Positions 15,301 to 31,329 of a stretch of 64,000 nt of DNA are shown here, piece after piece. A program made the translations under genes and the position numbers. How positions within the stretch are numbered: position 1 is the stretch's first letter; every line of letters begins with the position of its first letter. The notes beneath the pieces were generated by a model that saw nothing but the letters and a program-made list of their open reading frames with translations, had not been told where the DNA came from and made no database searches. Origin of the DNA: Eledone cirrhosa (Eukaryota); the NCBI GenBank assembly GCA_964016885.1, contig OZ024750.1, positions 22,072,001 to 22,136,000 on the forward strand, in the 5' to 3' direction.

Positions 15301-16490
15301 GCGTGGATTGGCAGTATCGGTAGAGGGTCGGACGCCATGCTTTGCAGCAAAGAGTTACGGCGCTTTATGATCTGAGCTCAAATCCCGCCGAGGTTAACTT
15401 TGCCTTTCATCCTTATGGGGTCGATAAAATAAAGTACCAGTAATGCACTGGTATAACTGCTGGCCTTGTGCCAAAAGTAGAAACAATTATTATTGCGTGG
15501 ATTGGTAGTATCTGTAGAGGGTCGGACGCCATGCTTTGGCACATAGAGTTACGGCGCTTTATGATCTGAGCTCAAATCCCGCCGAGGTTAACTTTGCCTT
15601 TCATCCTTATGGGGTCGATAAAATAAAGTACCAGTAATGCACTGGTATAATTGCTGGCCTTGTGCCAAAAGTAGAAACAATTATTATTGCGTGGATTGGT
15701 AGTATCTGTAGAGGGTCGGACGCCATGCTTTGGCGCATAGAGTTACGGCGCTTTATGATCTGAGCTCAAATCCCGCCGAGGTTAACTTTGCCTTTCATCC
15801 TTACGGGGTCGACAAAATAAAGTACCAGTAATACACTGGAGTCGATTTAATCGACTTTCCCCTCCCCCCCAAATTACTGGCCTTGTGCCTATATATGAAA
15901 CTATTATTATTATTGCGTGGATTGGCAGTATCGGTAGAGGGTCGGACGCCATGCTTTGGCGCATAGAGTTACGGCCCTTGCCATTCTGAGTTCAAATCCC
16001 GCCGAGGTTAACTTTGCCTTTCATCCTTACGGGGTCGATAAAATAAAGTACCAGTAATACACTGGGTAATTGCTGGCCAAAAGTAGAAACAATTATTATT
16101 GCGGTGAATTGGCAGTATCGGTAGAGGGTCGGACGCCATATGTTTCGGTATAGAGCTACGGCCCTTTACGGTCTCAGTTCAAATCCTGCTGAGGCTAATT
16201 TTGCCTTTCATCCTTACGGGGTCGATTTAATTGACTTCCTCCCCCCCCCAAAAAAAAATATGCTGGCCTTGTGCCTATATGAGAAACCATTATTATTTTG
16301 TGGATTGGCGTATCGGTAGAGGGTCGGACGCCATGTTTTTGCGATATAGAGTTACGGTCCTTTAAGTTCTGAGTTCAAATTCTGCCGAGGTTAATTTTGC
16401 CTTTCATCCTTACGGGGTCGATAAAATAAAGTACCAGTAATGTACTGGAGTAATTGGTGGCCTTGTGCCAAAAATAGAAACAATTATTAT
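15301..16490 (+). mobile_element. Head-to-tail array of six tRNA-derived SINEs (family 1)
   Basis: Each unit of about 190-220 bp has an A box (tggcagtatcgg), a B box (gagttcaaatcc), a core gcctttcatccttacggggtcgataaaataaagtaccag (partly deleted in unit 5) and a (TTA)n tail. Confidence 0.9.
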
Positions 16491-16648
16491 AATAAAAGAA
16501 ATCATTATCATTATTGTTGTTGATATTATTATTGTTGTTGTTATTGCTATTGTTTTTACGTGTCAACTTTGAAAAACGTTAGTGACTTTTAACGATTTAT
16601 TAGGACAGGGTTTTTTTTATTTCTATCTATATATCTATCGATCTTCTT

Positions 16649-17532
<884 letters not shown>

Positions 17533-17588
17533 ATGAGAAGAATTGAATACTGCGTGGTTGCACATGGGTTACATATGATAAAAATAGT

Positions 17589-17654
<66 letters not shown>

Positions 17655-18945
17655 TGTCTATCTATCTAACCATCATCTATCTACCCGTCTATCTATCTAT
17701 TTGTGTGCTTATATATCAACCTTTTCACCTATCTGTCTGTTTGTCTGTCTGTCAAGTTATCTCTCTATTTATTCACTTTCCTATCTATCAATCTTTTTTT
17801 TCCACACTCGTGGAGTGTAGTGGCAGTAGATTAGTGAGGATGCAGCGCTGTTTAATTACTTTACAATATGATGAATTAGGATTTAGTTTCTGTGTTCAAC
17901 TCCTGATGAACTCAACTTAATCCGTCGTACCCTACCACCAGTAAAATAACCGCCATTAATGTGGCGCCTTGGTAGAAACGTTAGAGTGTAGAATGAAATG
18001 CTTTATGGTATTTATTTCAGCTCTCTGCGGCGAATTGTCAGAGTCGTTGAGGAGTCGTATTAAATGCTTCAGTATTTGAACCAGCTCACAGCTCTTTGAG
18101 TTTAAATTACGTTGTGGTCAACTATGCCGTTCATCCTTCTAGGGTCGATAAAATAAAGTACCAGTGGATTGGCGGAATTTTTAAAGAATCGGATGGGATG
18201 CTTTGGGGTATCTTTCTCCCCAAGTTCTATGAGTTCTGAGTTCAAATCAGACCTCGTTCTCCCAGGAGTTGCGACTGGTAGATTGTATCAGCTATGAAAA
18301 GACCAATGAAAGCATTGTTTCCTTGATCAGATCTGATGATCAGCTCTTTTAATTTTTTTTCATTTGCCCTTTACCTCTGCCTCCTGAGTTCAAACCTAAC
18401 CAGGGTCAAGTTAATCATTCATCCTTCGTGGATCGACCAATAATATATAATACCAGTTTAGAGTAGAGAATTGATGCCTTGAAATATTTGTTTGGGCTCC
18501 TTGCGTTCTGAGTTCGAATCCTGCCGTAAGCTACATAGATGGTACATTTAATTAATATCCGGCCTTTCGTTGTCCTTAGGGGAGTTCACTCTGTTGCTAG
18601 CATTTAGGGCAGGACTTCGGTTTCAGTACAATGTCCTTCTTCTTTTCGCCAGTCTTCGAGGCCATGAAAAGAGTCATAACTAAGCGCTAAAAAATGCAGA
18701 TGTTTTCAGAGTTTCAAGGGACTTAAAAGTGACTTTCACTTAACGCCATGAGTTAAGTAAAATTAAAGTCATATCATATAGATGTTAGGCTCTCTCAGGT
18801 AACATTTTCAGAAGTCTTGGTGTCTATTCCAAACAGCTAGGTGTGCAATAGGAGCTGGTATGCAATGGGAATGGTGGCTGGTAAAACCGATTCCAGTTGA
18901 CGAGGTTTTAACCTGGAACACAACGGAATGTAACAAAATACCGAA

Positions 18946-19008
<63 letters not shown>

Positions 19009-19320
19009 GATGATGGTGATGATGATGGAGATGATGACGACGACGACAACGACGATCACGACGGTGAAGAAGAAGAAGAAGAAGAAGAAGAAGAAGAAGA
19101 AGAAGAAGAAGAAGAAGAAGAAGAAGAAGAAGAAGAAGAAGAAGAAGAAGAAGAAGAAGAAGAAGAAGAAGAAGAAGAAGAAGAAGAAAAAGAAGAGCAA
19201 CAACCAGCCCCACTAAAACAACCACCACATCAACCAGCCCCACCAAAACAACCACCACATCAACCAGCCCCACCAAAACAACCGCCACAACCACCACAAC
19301 CACCACCACCACAACAACAA
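18946..19320. repeat. Compound trinucleotide tract (GAT)n-(GAA)n-(CCA/CAA)n
   Basis: Seen directly. Confidence 0.9.
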
Positions 19321-19602
19321 GCATTTCTTCTCAATGAAAGTCAGCAGCTAGTGGTAAGCCAGCTGATGTTTCATTATTGCAAAGGAGACCAACAAACCTT
19401 CCAATAATGGTTCCTAATTAATGACATATATCCTTCCCTCTCCCCCTCTCTCTTATAAATCACATAATCCCTACTTCTTCCTCTCAGAGATTACATATCC
19501 CCCCTCCCCCTTCCTCATAGATTACATGCATTCCTCTAATTTCGTCAATCCTACTGTTTCCCCTTACGACAATGTGTTCAATTATCCACACTATAATAGG
19601 TT

Positions 19603-19636
<34 letters not shown>

Positions 19637-20495
19637 TGTATGTATGTATGTATGTATGTGTGAATGTATGTATGTATGTGTGAATGTATGTATGTATATA
19701 TGTATATATGTATATATGTATGTATGTATACATTTATATATGTATATATGTGTGTGTGTATTTATGTATGTGTGTATGTATGCATGTTTGTATGTATGTT
19801 TGTATTGCATGCGCGTATGCATTTATGTATGTTTATATGTATACATGTATTTGTGTATACAAGTTGCATGCATGTTTGTATATATATATAATGTGTGTGT
19901 GTGTGTGTGTGTGTGTGCATGTATGTATGTATATATATGTATGTGTATGTGTACGTATGTATCTCATAGCATGGCAATTATACGTACTAAGAAAGGTTTG
20001 CTGTGCATGTTGTGCATTCATACATACATGTATATTTACATGTATGCATTCATGTGTGTATAGTGTAGCGTAGCATTGCATAGCATGTCACAGCATGGCA
20101 GAGTAAGGCATAGCATGACAGAGGAGGAGAGATTGAAGCAAGCAGCAACAGTTTACGGAAAGTTCCGGAAACAAGATCGACATTTCCCGTAAAACGAAGA
20201 AAAACGCTGTTGAATTTTCGGCAGTTTAAGAGGTTTTCACGTTGATGTTGATGGTAATGACAGGAACACTAATATAGATGATGATAGTGATGGTAGTGAT
20301 GGCGGTGCTAATAGTGGAGTGTTGATAATGCTAGTGATGGTGATGATGGTGGTGATGGAGGCGCTGATCGGAGGTGTTGATGTAGATAATGATGTTGATG
20401 GCAGCAGCGATGGTGGTATGAAAAAAAAAAATCGATATTTTTCGCTCGTGGATCAGTACAGTTAAAATACAGTAGCAGTTACGCGCATATATATG

Positions 20496-20526
<31 letters not shown>

Positions 20527-20747
20527 ACATACACACATATATATATAAATATATATATATTTATATATATATATACATACATGACGTAGCTTATACCACC
20601 ATCATCGCCAGTGTTCCCTTCATTCTCTTCCATCATCATCATTATTACTACCATTGTCATGGTAGTTATTACCACCGTGGTGGCGAAACAGCTGGGCTAT
20701 TGTGAACCAGTAGCAAAGTAATGATGTGAAGGTAAGAGGTAAAATCA

Positions 20748-20801
<54 letters not shown>

Positions 20802-21177
20802 ACACACACAGATAGAGAGAGAGAGACACAGACAACACACAGATAGAGAGAGAGAGACACAGACAACACACACAGATAGAGAAGAAGAAGAAGAAGAAGA
20901 AGAAAAAAAAGACAGATTATACAAATGAACACATCAACTTAAGCTACCTTTAAAGATAATGAGGATGATGAAGGCGATGACGGCGATGGTGATATCGATA
21001 ATGCTAACGACGATGATGATGATGATGATGATGATGAGCAGCGAATGACATTTAGGTTCATGGACTAACACCACCACATTATTCATATTACATCTGCTGG
21101 GCAACTCGCCGCTTATGTTATCTGGTGTATTCGTTGGCCTTGATCTCGTTCTCTCCGTTGTACCTCCATATCCATAA

Positions 21178-21220
<43 letters not shown>

Positions 21221-21308
21221 ATATATGTTTGGTGGGTCAATGTTGCTAGTGTTTTTATCCTCTCATATGAGACCTAACTATAATATTAATAATAATAATA
21301 ATAATAAT

Positions 21309-21346
<38 letters not shown>

Positions 21347-21758
21347 TAATAATAACAACAACAATAATAATAATAATAATAACAATAATAACAACAATCT
21401 ACTCCAAATGACTTTTGCTATATGGAGAACAACGGACAAGTTCAGCCGACATTTTTCACTCGACTAATATTCTATTCGGAAACAGCGATTACTAAAATGA
21501 CTGAAAAAATAGTGAAATTGTCGCTCAGTGATGTACAAAAAGATAGAGTCTGGCCACATTTAACGTTTGCTGGGCGGATCATGGGGTAAGTCTGGTTTGT
21601 TTGTTTGTTTGTTTTGTATTTTTCGGACTTTTTTTCTGTTGTTTTGCTTTGTTTGTCTTGATGTTGTTTTTTTTTTTGCTGTTTTCAATCACAATTGGCT
21701 TTAACATACATAGCAACCCAACATCCCAACAAGCATTCACAAACACCCCCTCATATAT

Positions 21759-21845
<87 letters not shown>

Positions 21846-21868
21846 GTACACACATATATATATACACA

Positions 21869-21952
<84 letters not shown>

Positions 21953-22024
21953 ATATATATAATTGTTTCTACTTTTGGCACAAGGCCACAATTACCCAGT
22001 GCATTACTGGTACTTTATTATACT

Positions 22025-22079
<55 letters not shown>

Positions 22080-22182
22080 CGAAGTAAATGTGGTAAGGAA
22101 CCAGGTGGACCATAACACACCAAAGTACTCAATACTTAGGGTAGTCGAAACTGCTTGAGCTCAGCCGTCGGGGTCCTACTCG

Positions 22183-22223
<41 letters not shown>

Positions 22224-22836
22224 AAGGCAGTGTTTTATGTGCAAGGGTTGTGTACATAGAACCGGGCCTGTCAAACATTAACCGAATGAACATTTTATTT
22301 ATTTTGGAAGAAAGAGGTGGCAGTTACTTCGAAGTTTTGGTGATGGTACCTCATTCAGAACTGGTATTTTGGTGTTAGATTTACTTAACGGCCTATTTTA
22401 ACACTACCACATGAGACTTGGGGACTTATAGCCGAGTGTCAAATCTGTTGCAAGAATTCGGGTAAAGTCATCAGTTTAAGGATAACTTCCTCTTTTCCCC
22501 CCACCAGCAGTGGAGACTCTGAAGATATGACAGGAACATAGGCACTGCGGTTTTCTCACTGACTCTATAGTGTATATATATATATATGTGTGTATATCTT
22601 TAATTGCTAACAGTGTTTCGTCCACACTAGAAGTGGGACTCAGCGAAACACTGTTAGCAATTAAAGATATACCTATGTTCTAAGCGCTCTTTGTTGTTAA
22701 TTGTATTACAGCTCTGTCCTCTGACATTGAGCTAACCATATACTGCCTATTTGATAAGTGGAGTGTTACACACTCCCAATTCTCTCCCTTATATATATAT
22801 GTGTGTATGTATGTATATGTGTGACTGTGTGTGTAT

Positions 22837-22918
<82 letters not shown>

Positions 22919-22952
22919 GCATGAGTGTGTGTGTATATGTGAGTGTATATAA

Positions 22953-22998
<46 letters not shown>

Positions 22999-23137
22999 AG
23001 TATGTATGTGTGCGCGAGTGTGTCTGTGTATATGTGTGTAAAATAATCACAGTATCAACGACCTGTAGGATTGCAGTATATATATATATATATATATATT
23101 TTTATATAATACACAGACACACACACATATATATGTA

Positions 23138-23181
<44 letters not shown>

Positions 23182-23532
23182 TATAGATAGATATATATAT
23201 AAATGCATACGTGGTAATCCCTGTATACATACATGCATACATACATACACACACACATACACACACACACGCACTCACAAACACGCACATATATATATAT
23301 ATATAACCATATATAGATGTCACTCAATCTCTCATTTTCTCTCTCTCCCCTTATCTCCCCTCTCTCATACACACACAGACACACACACACACACATATAT
23401 ATACACACACATACACACACACTACGACAGGTATATATTTTTCAGTGGTGACAATTTGTTAAAAGTGCACACTGCTTCAAATGTGTACAAACTCACACTA
23501 ACACATACACACAAACACCCACTTTCTCTCTA

Positions 23533-23614
<82 letters not shown>

Positions 23615-24432
23615 CGATCCGAGGCTATGGTAGAAGACATCCAATGTGTCACATTGTTGGACCAAATCCCCAAAATGTGTATTTACAAATTATCCGAAGA
23701 GAGTTTTAGAAAGAGGAAGAGTAAGTGTGTGTGTATGTGTGTGTGTCTGTGTGTATGTGTGTGTGTTTGTTTGTGTGTGTGTGTGATAGAGAGATGGTGA
23801 GTGCGTGTGTGTGTGTGTGAATGTATGTGTGTTTGTGTGTCATAGAAAGAGAGAGTCTGTGTGTCTGTGTGTGGTGTTTGTGTGTGTGTGTGAAGGAGAG
23901 ATGGTGAGTGCGTGTGTGTGTATATATGCATGTGTGTTTGTGTGTGAAATAGAGGGAGATAAAGTGTGTGTGTGTGTGTGCTAGAGAGAGAGGGTGTGTG
24001 TGTGAAATAGGAGGAGAGAAAGTGTGTGTGTGTATGTGCTTGTGTGTGACATAGAAAGAGAGAGTCTGTGTGTCTGTGTGTGTGTTTGTTTGTGTGTGTG
24101 TGTGATAGAGAGATGGTGAGTGCGTGTGTGCGTATGTATGTGTGTTTGTGTGTGTGTGCTAGAGAGAGAGTGTGTGTGTGTGTGTGAAATAGGGGGAGAG
24201 AAAGTGTGTGTGTGTGCTTGTGTGTGTCATAGAAAGAGAGAGTGTGTGTGTCTATGTGTTTTTGTGGGTGTGTGATAGAGACAGAGAGAGTGTGTGTGTG
24301 AAATAGGGGGAGAGAAACTGTTTGTGTGTTTTTTTGTGTGTGTGATAGAGAGAGAAAGAGAGTGTGTATGTGTGTGTGTGTGTGTGATAGAGAGAGAAAG
24401 AGAGTGTGTGTGTATGGGATAGAGAGAGAGAG

Positions 24433-24545
<113 letters not shown>

Positions 24546-26329
24546 GAGAGAGGGTATGTGTTTAAGTCCTTAAGTCCTGATGGAGCTGTGGAGGTGTCGT
24601 AGACAGAGCCATATACGGCGTGCCACGGGCATTTAAACTTGGCGCGAATCCCATCCCGCTCCAGAGAAATGGAGGAAATGAGAAAGCGATATAAAGGAAG
24701 AATCGACCCCAGTACTAGATTAGTACCTTTTATTTTTATCGAGCTCGAAAGAATGGTTTCTTATTTAGGTACAAGGCCAGCAATTTTGGGGGAGGGGAGA
24801 AAGTCGATTAAATCAATCCCAGTGCGTGACTGGTACTTTATTTTATCGACCCCCGTAAGGATGAAAGACAAAGTTAACCTCGGCAGGATTTGAACTCGGA
24901 TAATAAAGGGCCGTAACTTTATGCTGCAAAACATGACGTCCGACCCTCTACCGATATTGCCAATCCACAGCTCGAAAGAATAAAAGAGAATGTTGATTGT
25001 TGGCAAAATTTAAACTCAGAGCTCCAGAACAAATACCTCGAAGCGTTCCATCTAGTGTTCTAACCACTCGACCAATTCATTGCCATATAAAGACAAAAGG
25101 CTGCAATTTTCTTCGATTAAGTAAAAACACTTCGGGAGAAAGAAAATAAACTTTTTATTTTTATTAGTAGCATCAGTAGAACGTCAGACATCATGCTTTG
25201 CAGCATAGATTTATGGCCCTTTACGTCCTGAGTTTAAATCCCACCGAGGTTAACTTTGCCTTTCACCCTTACGGAGTCGATGAAATAAAACACCAGTAAT
25301 GCACTGGGGTAATTGCTGGCTTTGTGCCAAAAGTAGAAACAATTAATTAAATTGATTGCGCTTTTGTGGCAAATAAGAAAAAAGGGTTTACAAATAAGAC
25401 TGGTCAACAAAATGTTGCTTTTTTTGTCTGCTGACCTAAGTTTGAGACCTGTTCTTGACTAATTTGGAGCCACTGAGTTTTAAAATGACATCACTTTTTT
25501 TTTCGATTAGCTTAAACTTGGTGATCAGGATAAATCGGGGGCCCCGCACCATGTATGTATATCATGTAGCTACGCCAATGGACAAAGGGCACAGGGAACA
25601 ACTTGCATTTGGAATTCCTATTAAAATTACAATTTTTGTCCAATGTATTTTGTATAATTAATTTTAAAAAAAGTAATAATTATATGAGCCAAGAGGAAAA
25701 CTTCATAGAAGCTAATGACATATCTAATTTTGACAGCCAAAAATCTTTTTAAAAATAATGGTTTCTTATTTAGGCACAAGGCCAGCAATTTTGGGTGAGG
25801 GGAAAGTCGATTAAGTTGACCCTAGTGCGTGACTGGTACTTTATTTTATCGACCCCGTAAGGATTAAAGGCAAAGTTAACCTCGGCGGGATTTGAACTCA
25901 GATCACAAAGGGACGTAACTCTATGCTGCAAAGCATGTTGTCCTATCTTTTAAAAAATAATAAACAACCTTCGGTCTCCAGGACGTATGGTAGATTTTTG
26001 AGACTTACTTTAGAAAAAAAGTAGCGTCTTCGACGCCGGGAAATACGGTAATATTTGTAAATAAGTTAAATAGGAATAGACATCTCGATGTACTTTTAAT
26101 GTAGGTTCTGAGGTATAAAAAAAACACACAAAAACAAACGATGTAGAAACAACAATAAAAAGAAAAAATTTACAAAATAGTAACAAAAATGTGTGTAAGA
26201 GTGCATGTATGTGTGTGTCTGTGTGTGTCTGTGTGTGTGTATATATGTGTTTAAAAACAATAGTATGATGATATTGGTGTTCGCTAACCGAGAGAGACTA
26301 AATTCTTGACTTCCAGAAGTATTAGTGGT

Positions 26330-26980
26330 ATAATGTTTGTGACGTATTAGACCTCTGTTTGTGACGTAATATACCATAACTTATGGCGTAATATAGGCTT
26401 GATTTGCTGTAACATACCCTCGTGTGTGAGTTAATAGTATTATGACGTAGTATACCATTGTTTGTGACGTAACATACCATAGCTTATGATGTAATATAGG
26501 CTTGATTTACTGTAACATACCCTCGTCTGTGAGTTAATAGTATAGTGACGTAGTATACCATGGTTTGTGACGTAATATAGGCTTGATTTGCTGTAACATA
26601 CCATCGTCTGTGAGTTAATAGTATTGTGACGTAGTATACCATGGTTTGTGACGTAATATAGCCTTGATTGTGACGCAACATATCCTTGTTTGTAGCCCGA
26701 TATTATTGTTTATGATGTAATGTACCATGGTTTGTGACATAATATAGCCTTGACTGTGATACAATATACCCTCGTTTGTAGCGTAATCGTATTGTGACGA
26801 AATATACCATGGTTTATGACGTAACATAGTTTTCATTGTGACGTAATATACCCTCATTTATAGCGTAATATTATTATGTGACGTAATTTATCATTGTTTG
26901 TGATGTAACTATCCTTGCTCATAACTATCAGAATAACAGGACACGACATAAAAACCCTTGTTTGTGACGTCACTACCACA
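26330..26980. repeat. Degenerate minisatellite of about 22-bp units rich in TGACGT
   Basis: Recurrent tttgtgacgtaatatacca/tgg units with a higher-order repeat. Confidence 0.8.
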
Positions 26981-27271
26981 TTTTCATAACTAACGACATT
27001 AGAGAGCTTTACACGAACATTTCAGTGAAAGTTAATCGTGTAAGGAAAATAATTTTCCATAAATGAAGAAATATCATTTTAAAATATGATACAAATAAAA
27101 AATGTCTGCAGGGCTTTGTGGTTATTTAGTCAAAGAGGACTTGCAGAATCGAATCTTCTTTACGGTAAAGTCATTTGATTAGGAACATTGGATAGACATA
27201 GTTGTGAAAGATGTGATCTAAACACTTTGTTTTCATGTGTATGTATACACACATACACAGTCACACACACG

Positions 27272-27306
<35 letters not shown>

Positions 27307-28157
27307 TATATATGTTAGTGAGAGAGAGATAGGCGCACATATATATATATATATACTTAGGGTAAACATTGATGCAATTCAATTCAAGCACTCAACGTAG
27401 TTATTCCACATAGGAGTAACGGAGTAAATATTGAATAAGGAAAAGCGAAGTAGTTTCAGATGTTCAAGTCTTTTAATAATAATTGTTTCTACTTTTGGCA
27501 CAAGGCCAGCAAATACCCAGTGCATGACTGGTACTTTATTTTATCGACCCCGAAAGGATGAAAGGCAAAGTTAACCTCGGCAGGATTTGAACTCAGAATG
27601 GAAAGAGCCGTAACTCTATGCGTCAAAGCATGGCGTCCGACCCTCTACCAATACTGCCAATCCACCAATAATGCTGTGATATATATTTCAATGGCGACAG
27701 TGGCCACACAGTTCCGTGCGCCAGTGCCGCGAGATCGTCAGACAGTTTGTTACATAATAAGGTTATGTTTCCGAGGCAATCCAAATTGAATCGATATGGG
27801 AACGGACGAAGTGTGTGCTCTTGGGTTCTTCATCTGTTCCACAAGGAACTGGTGCACTGGCGCACGGAACAGTGTGACCACTGTCGACATTGAAATATAT
27901 ATCACAGCATTATTATTAAAAGATTAAGGGCGGTGGATTGGCAGTATCGGTGGAGGGTCGGACGCCATGCTTTCCAGCATAGTTACGTCCCTTTACGATC
28001 TGAGTTCAAATCCCGCCGAGGTTGACTTTGCCTTTCACCTTACGGGGTCGATAAAATAAAGTACCAGTAATGCACTGGGTAATTGCTGGTCTTGTGCCTA
28101 AAGTAGAAACAATTATTATTAAAAAACTTGAACATCTGAAACTACTTCGCTTTTCCT

Positions 28158-28200
<43 letters not shown>

Positions 28201-28209
<9 letters not shown>

Positions 28210-28622
28210 AGATCAAAAGATGGTTAAAGGAGTTCCATATATTTTTATATTTTATTATGCGCATTTCAAAAACAAACATCATCAAACAATAATATTTGTG
28301 TTTTCATCAGATAAAACAGGAGAACATGATATGAAGGCTAAAAAACACTTGTTGATAGTGCAGTTTTAAATCAACATATCAACTGCACTATCAACAAGTG
28401 TTTTTTAGCCTTCATATCATGTTCTCCTGTTTTATCTGATGAAAACACAAATATTATTGTTTGATGATGTTTGTTTTTGAAATGCGCATAATAAAATATA
28501 TGGAACTCCTTTAACCATCTTTTGATCTTATATTATGCATACTCCAGTCCCACAAACTGTAGAGTGCTTCTTATCCGATATCTGCATTGCTTTATTGTAC
28601 TACAATAAAACTCACCTCCTAC

Positions 28623-28623
<1 letters not shown>
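28201..28623. repeat. Family D element with about 160-bp-arm palindrome (second palindromic copy 39585-39996; fragments 7050-7186, 34585-34750)
   Basis: Near-perfect inverted arms around a short spacer (taaatcaacatatc); bounded by (TA)n. Confidence 0.9.
28430..28496 (+). ncRNA. Type I hammerhead ribozyme motif (family D; mirror copy on minus strand at 28250-28316)
   Basis: Stem I uuuuau/auaaaa, CUGAUGA at 28436-28442, long AU-rich stem II, GAAA at 28479-28482, palindromic stem III AUGCGCAU, AUA triplet. Confidence 0.75.
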
Positions 28624-28706
<83 letters not shown>

Positions 28707-28859
28707 GGAAAAGATTTAGGACCTCGACGGCTGAGCTGCGGCCATTTCGACAGCTAGATCCGTATATATATATATATATATACGTTTATATACACATATG
28801 CGTCTCTCTCTCTCCCTCCCTCTTTCCCTCTCTCCCTCCTCCCTCTCTCTCTCTCTTTC

Positions 28860-28964
<105 letters not shown>

Positions 28965-29159
28965 CGAAGGAAATGTGGTAAGGAACCAGGTGGACCATAA
29001 CGCACCAAAGTACTCAATACTTAGGGTAGTAGAGTGGGTAATAGGAACAAGTAAGACCCCGACGGCTGAGCTCAAGCCGTTTCGACGGCTAATTCTGGAC
29101 TCCAGAATCAGCCGTCGAAACGGCTTGAGCTCAGCCGTCGGGGTCTTACTTGTTCCTCT

Positions 29160-29524
<365 letters not shown>

Positions 29525-30142
29525 AATGTACATAGATGTAATATAAACATACGTATATGCGTGTATGTGTACGTATGTGTCTACATGAAGATATTAGGTT
29601 AGAACTATATTTTATATTAGGATTAATTAAAACCTCGCTCGAGGTTAACAGATTTTCTGATTAACTTCAGTGTCTGTCGCCGTTGCAGCTAGTCCATAAT
29701 CTGGGCATTCTACCTCTTTCAAGATCTTTCTCCCGTATATACGTATGCACACACACTCACATCACACACATACACACACATATACATATACATATATATA
29801 TATATATATATATTCACTCACACAGATATACATACATAAGTACATTCGTTTTTCCATATATATGTATATACATGCATGTGTACATGATTGTATACATACA
29901 TACATACACACATATAAATATACATACATTCAGTACAGAATTAGCCGTCGAAACGGCTTGAGCTCAGCCGTCGAGGTCTTACTTGTTCCTATATATATAT
30001 AATGGTTTAATTAGGAATAAAAGAGTATTAGTGATTGTATGGGTTAGTATTCAGTTGTGGTTTTAAGTTTTTAAGTTTTTACCGGTTGCGCATTTCTAAA
30101 TGCTTTTCAAAAATAATTTTGAGATAGAGTGTCCGTGCTGTT

Positions 30143-30268
<126 letters not shown>

Positions 30269-31329
30269 TTCATACATAAATACATACATGTGAGGAGGGT
30301 ATACATACGAGTATTTTTCAGAAAATTAGCAAATATTAACTAAATAGAGGTTTCAATACAATGTCTAACATTGAATATAGTGACTTCGAAGTTTTGCCGA
30401 AGGTGTCCTTACTCAAGCTTCCTTTCTGCCCACCCAGTTGCTCAATCCCCGTCAAGTATCATGGTGCAATGTTCCACAACCAAACCACTCCATTTTCCCT
30501 CTTTTGAAAATTGACAGAATCGTTGGCTGGTTCAGAATTTCATATAATATTAGTTATATTTACAAATAGGAAGAGAGCAATAAAGACAAAAGAGGACAGG
30601 AGGAAAAAAGTAAAAAATAAATTCATATTAATAAAGAAGAGAAGAGAAATGAAGGAAATGGCAAACCCCCACACTCTTGGCTGAATAGTATATCTCAGTT
30701 GTGACTCGCAGACAAGATGGCGAAAGCACAGCCAACGATACCCACTGCATCAACCCTTTCACTTCACGGATGTCCTTCCTCCCCTCAGACGAAACGATCT
30801 CCTCCCAATTTTGCGGAGATTTCGATGGCAACTGGTACAAAAAGGAAACGGTTGGTCAAAGCTTGGTATTTAGTTTTGTCGTTCACATACAAGGAGAATT
30901 ACGTCACAAGCAATGATAATAAATACGTCAAACTCTTATGCCGATATTTCCAACAAAGACAGTTACGTCACAAGCAAGGATATATTACGTTACATCATGT
31001 CGCCTGTTACAACACGAACAGTATTCGTTATATTCGTATGCCAATAGCTACGAACAAAGATAGATATGTCAGAAGCAAGGGTATATTACTTCCACATATT
31101 CTTATGTCGATAAATTTCCCAATATTTTCTTTCCTAACATTCTAGATAGTTCGACATGAAATACGAACCATCTTTCTATAACCTTTCATTTCAAAGGCCA
31201 TGATTCTTTTTTTCTTCGTTTCATCTATCGTCCATGATCCTCACTTCCAGTAACTACTGCACTAAAATATAAAAGTATTTTTGTAGTTATTGTAATCTTT
31301 TTTAGTTTTCCGAAGTGGGTCAAATTTTG

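Noticed and set aside
18808-19324. Poly-M/K/F/H ORFs
   Set aside because: Trinucleotide repeat artefacts.
30310-30530. Possible mariner transposase C-terminal relic (YLTGIEQL, minus strand)
   Set aside because: Similarity too short and no TIRs found.
30701-30916. RRQDG as a FReD upstream exon
   Set aside because: The rest does not match FReD, and it lies downstream of the terminal exon.
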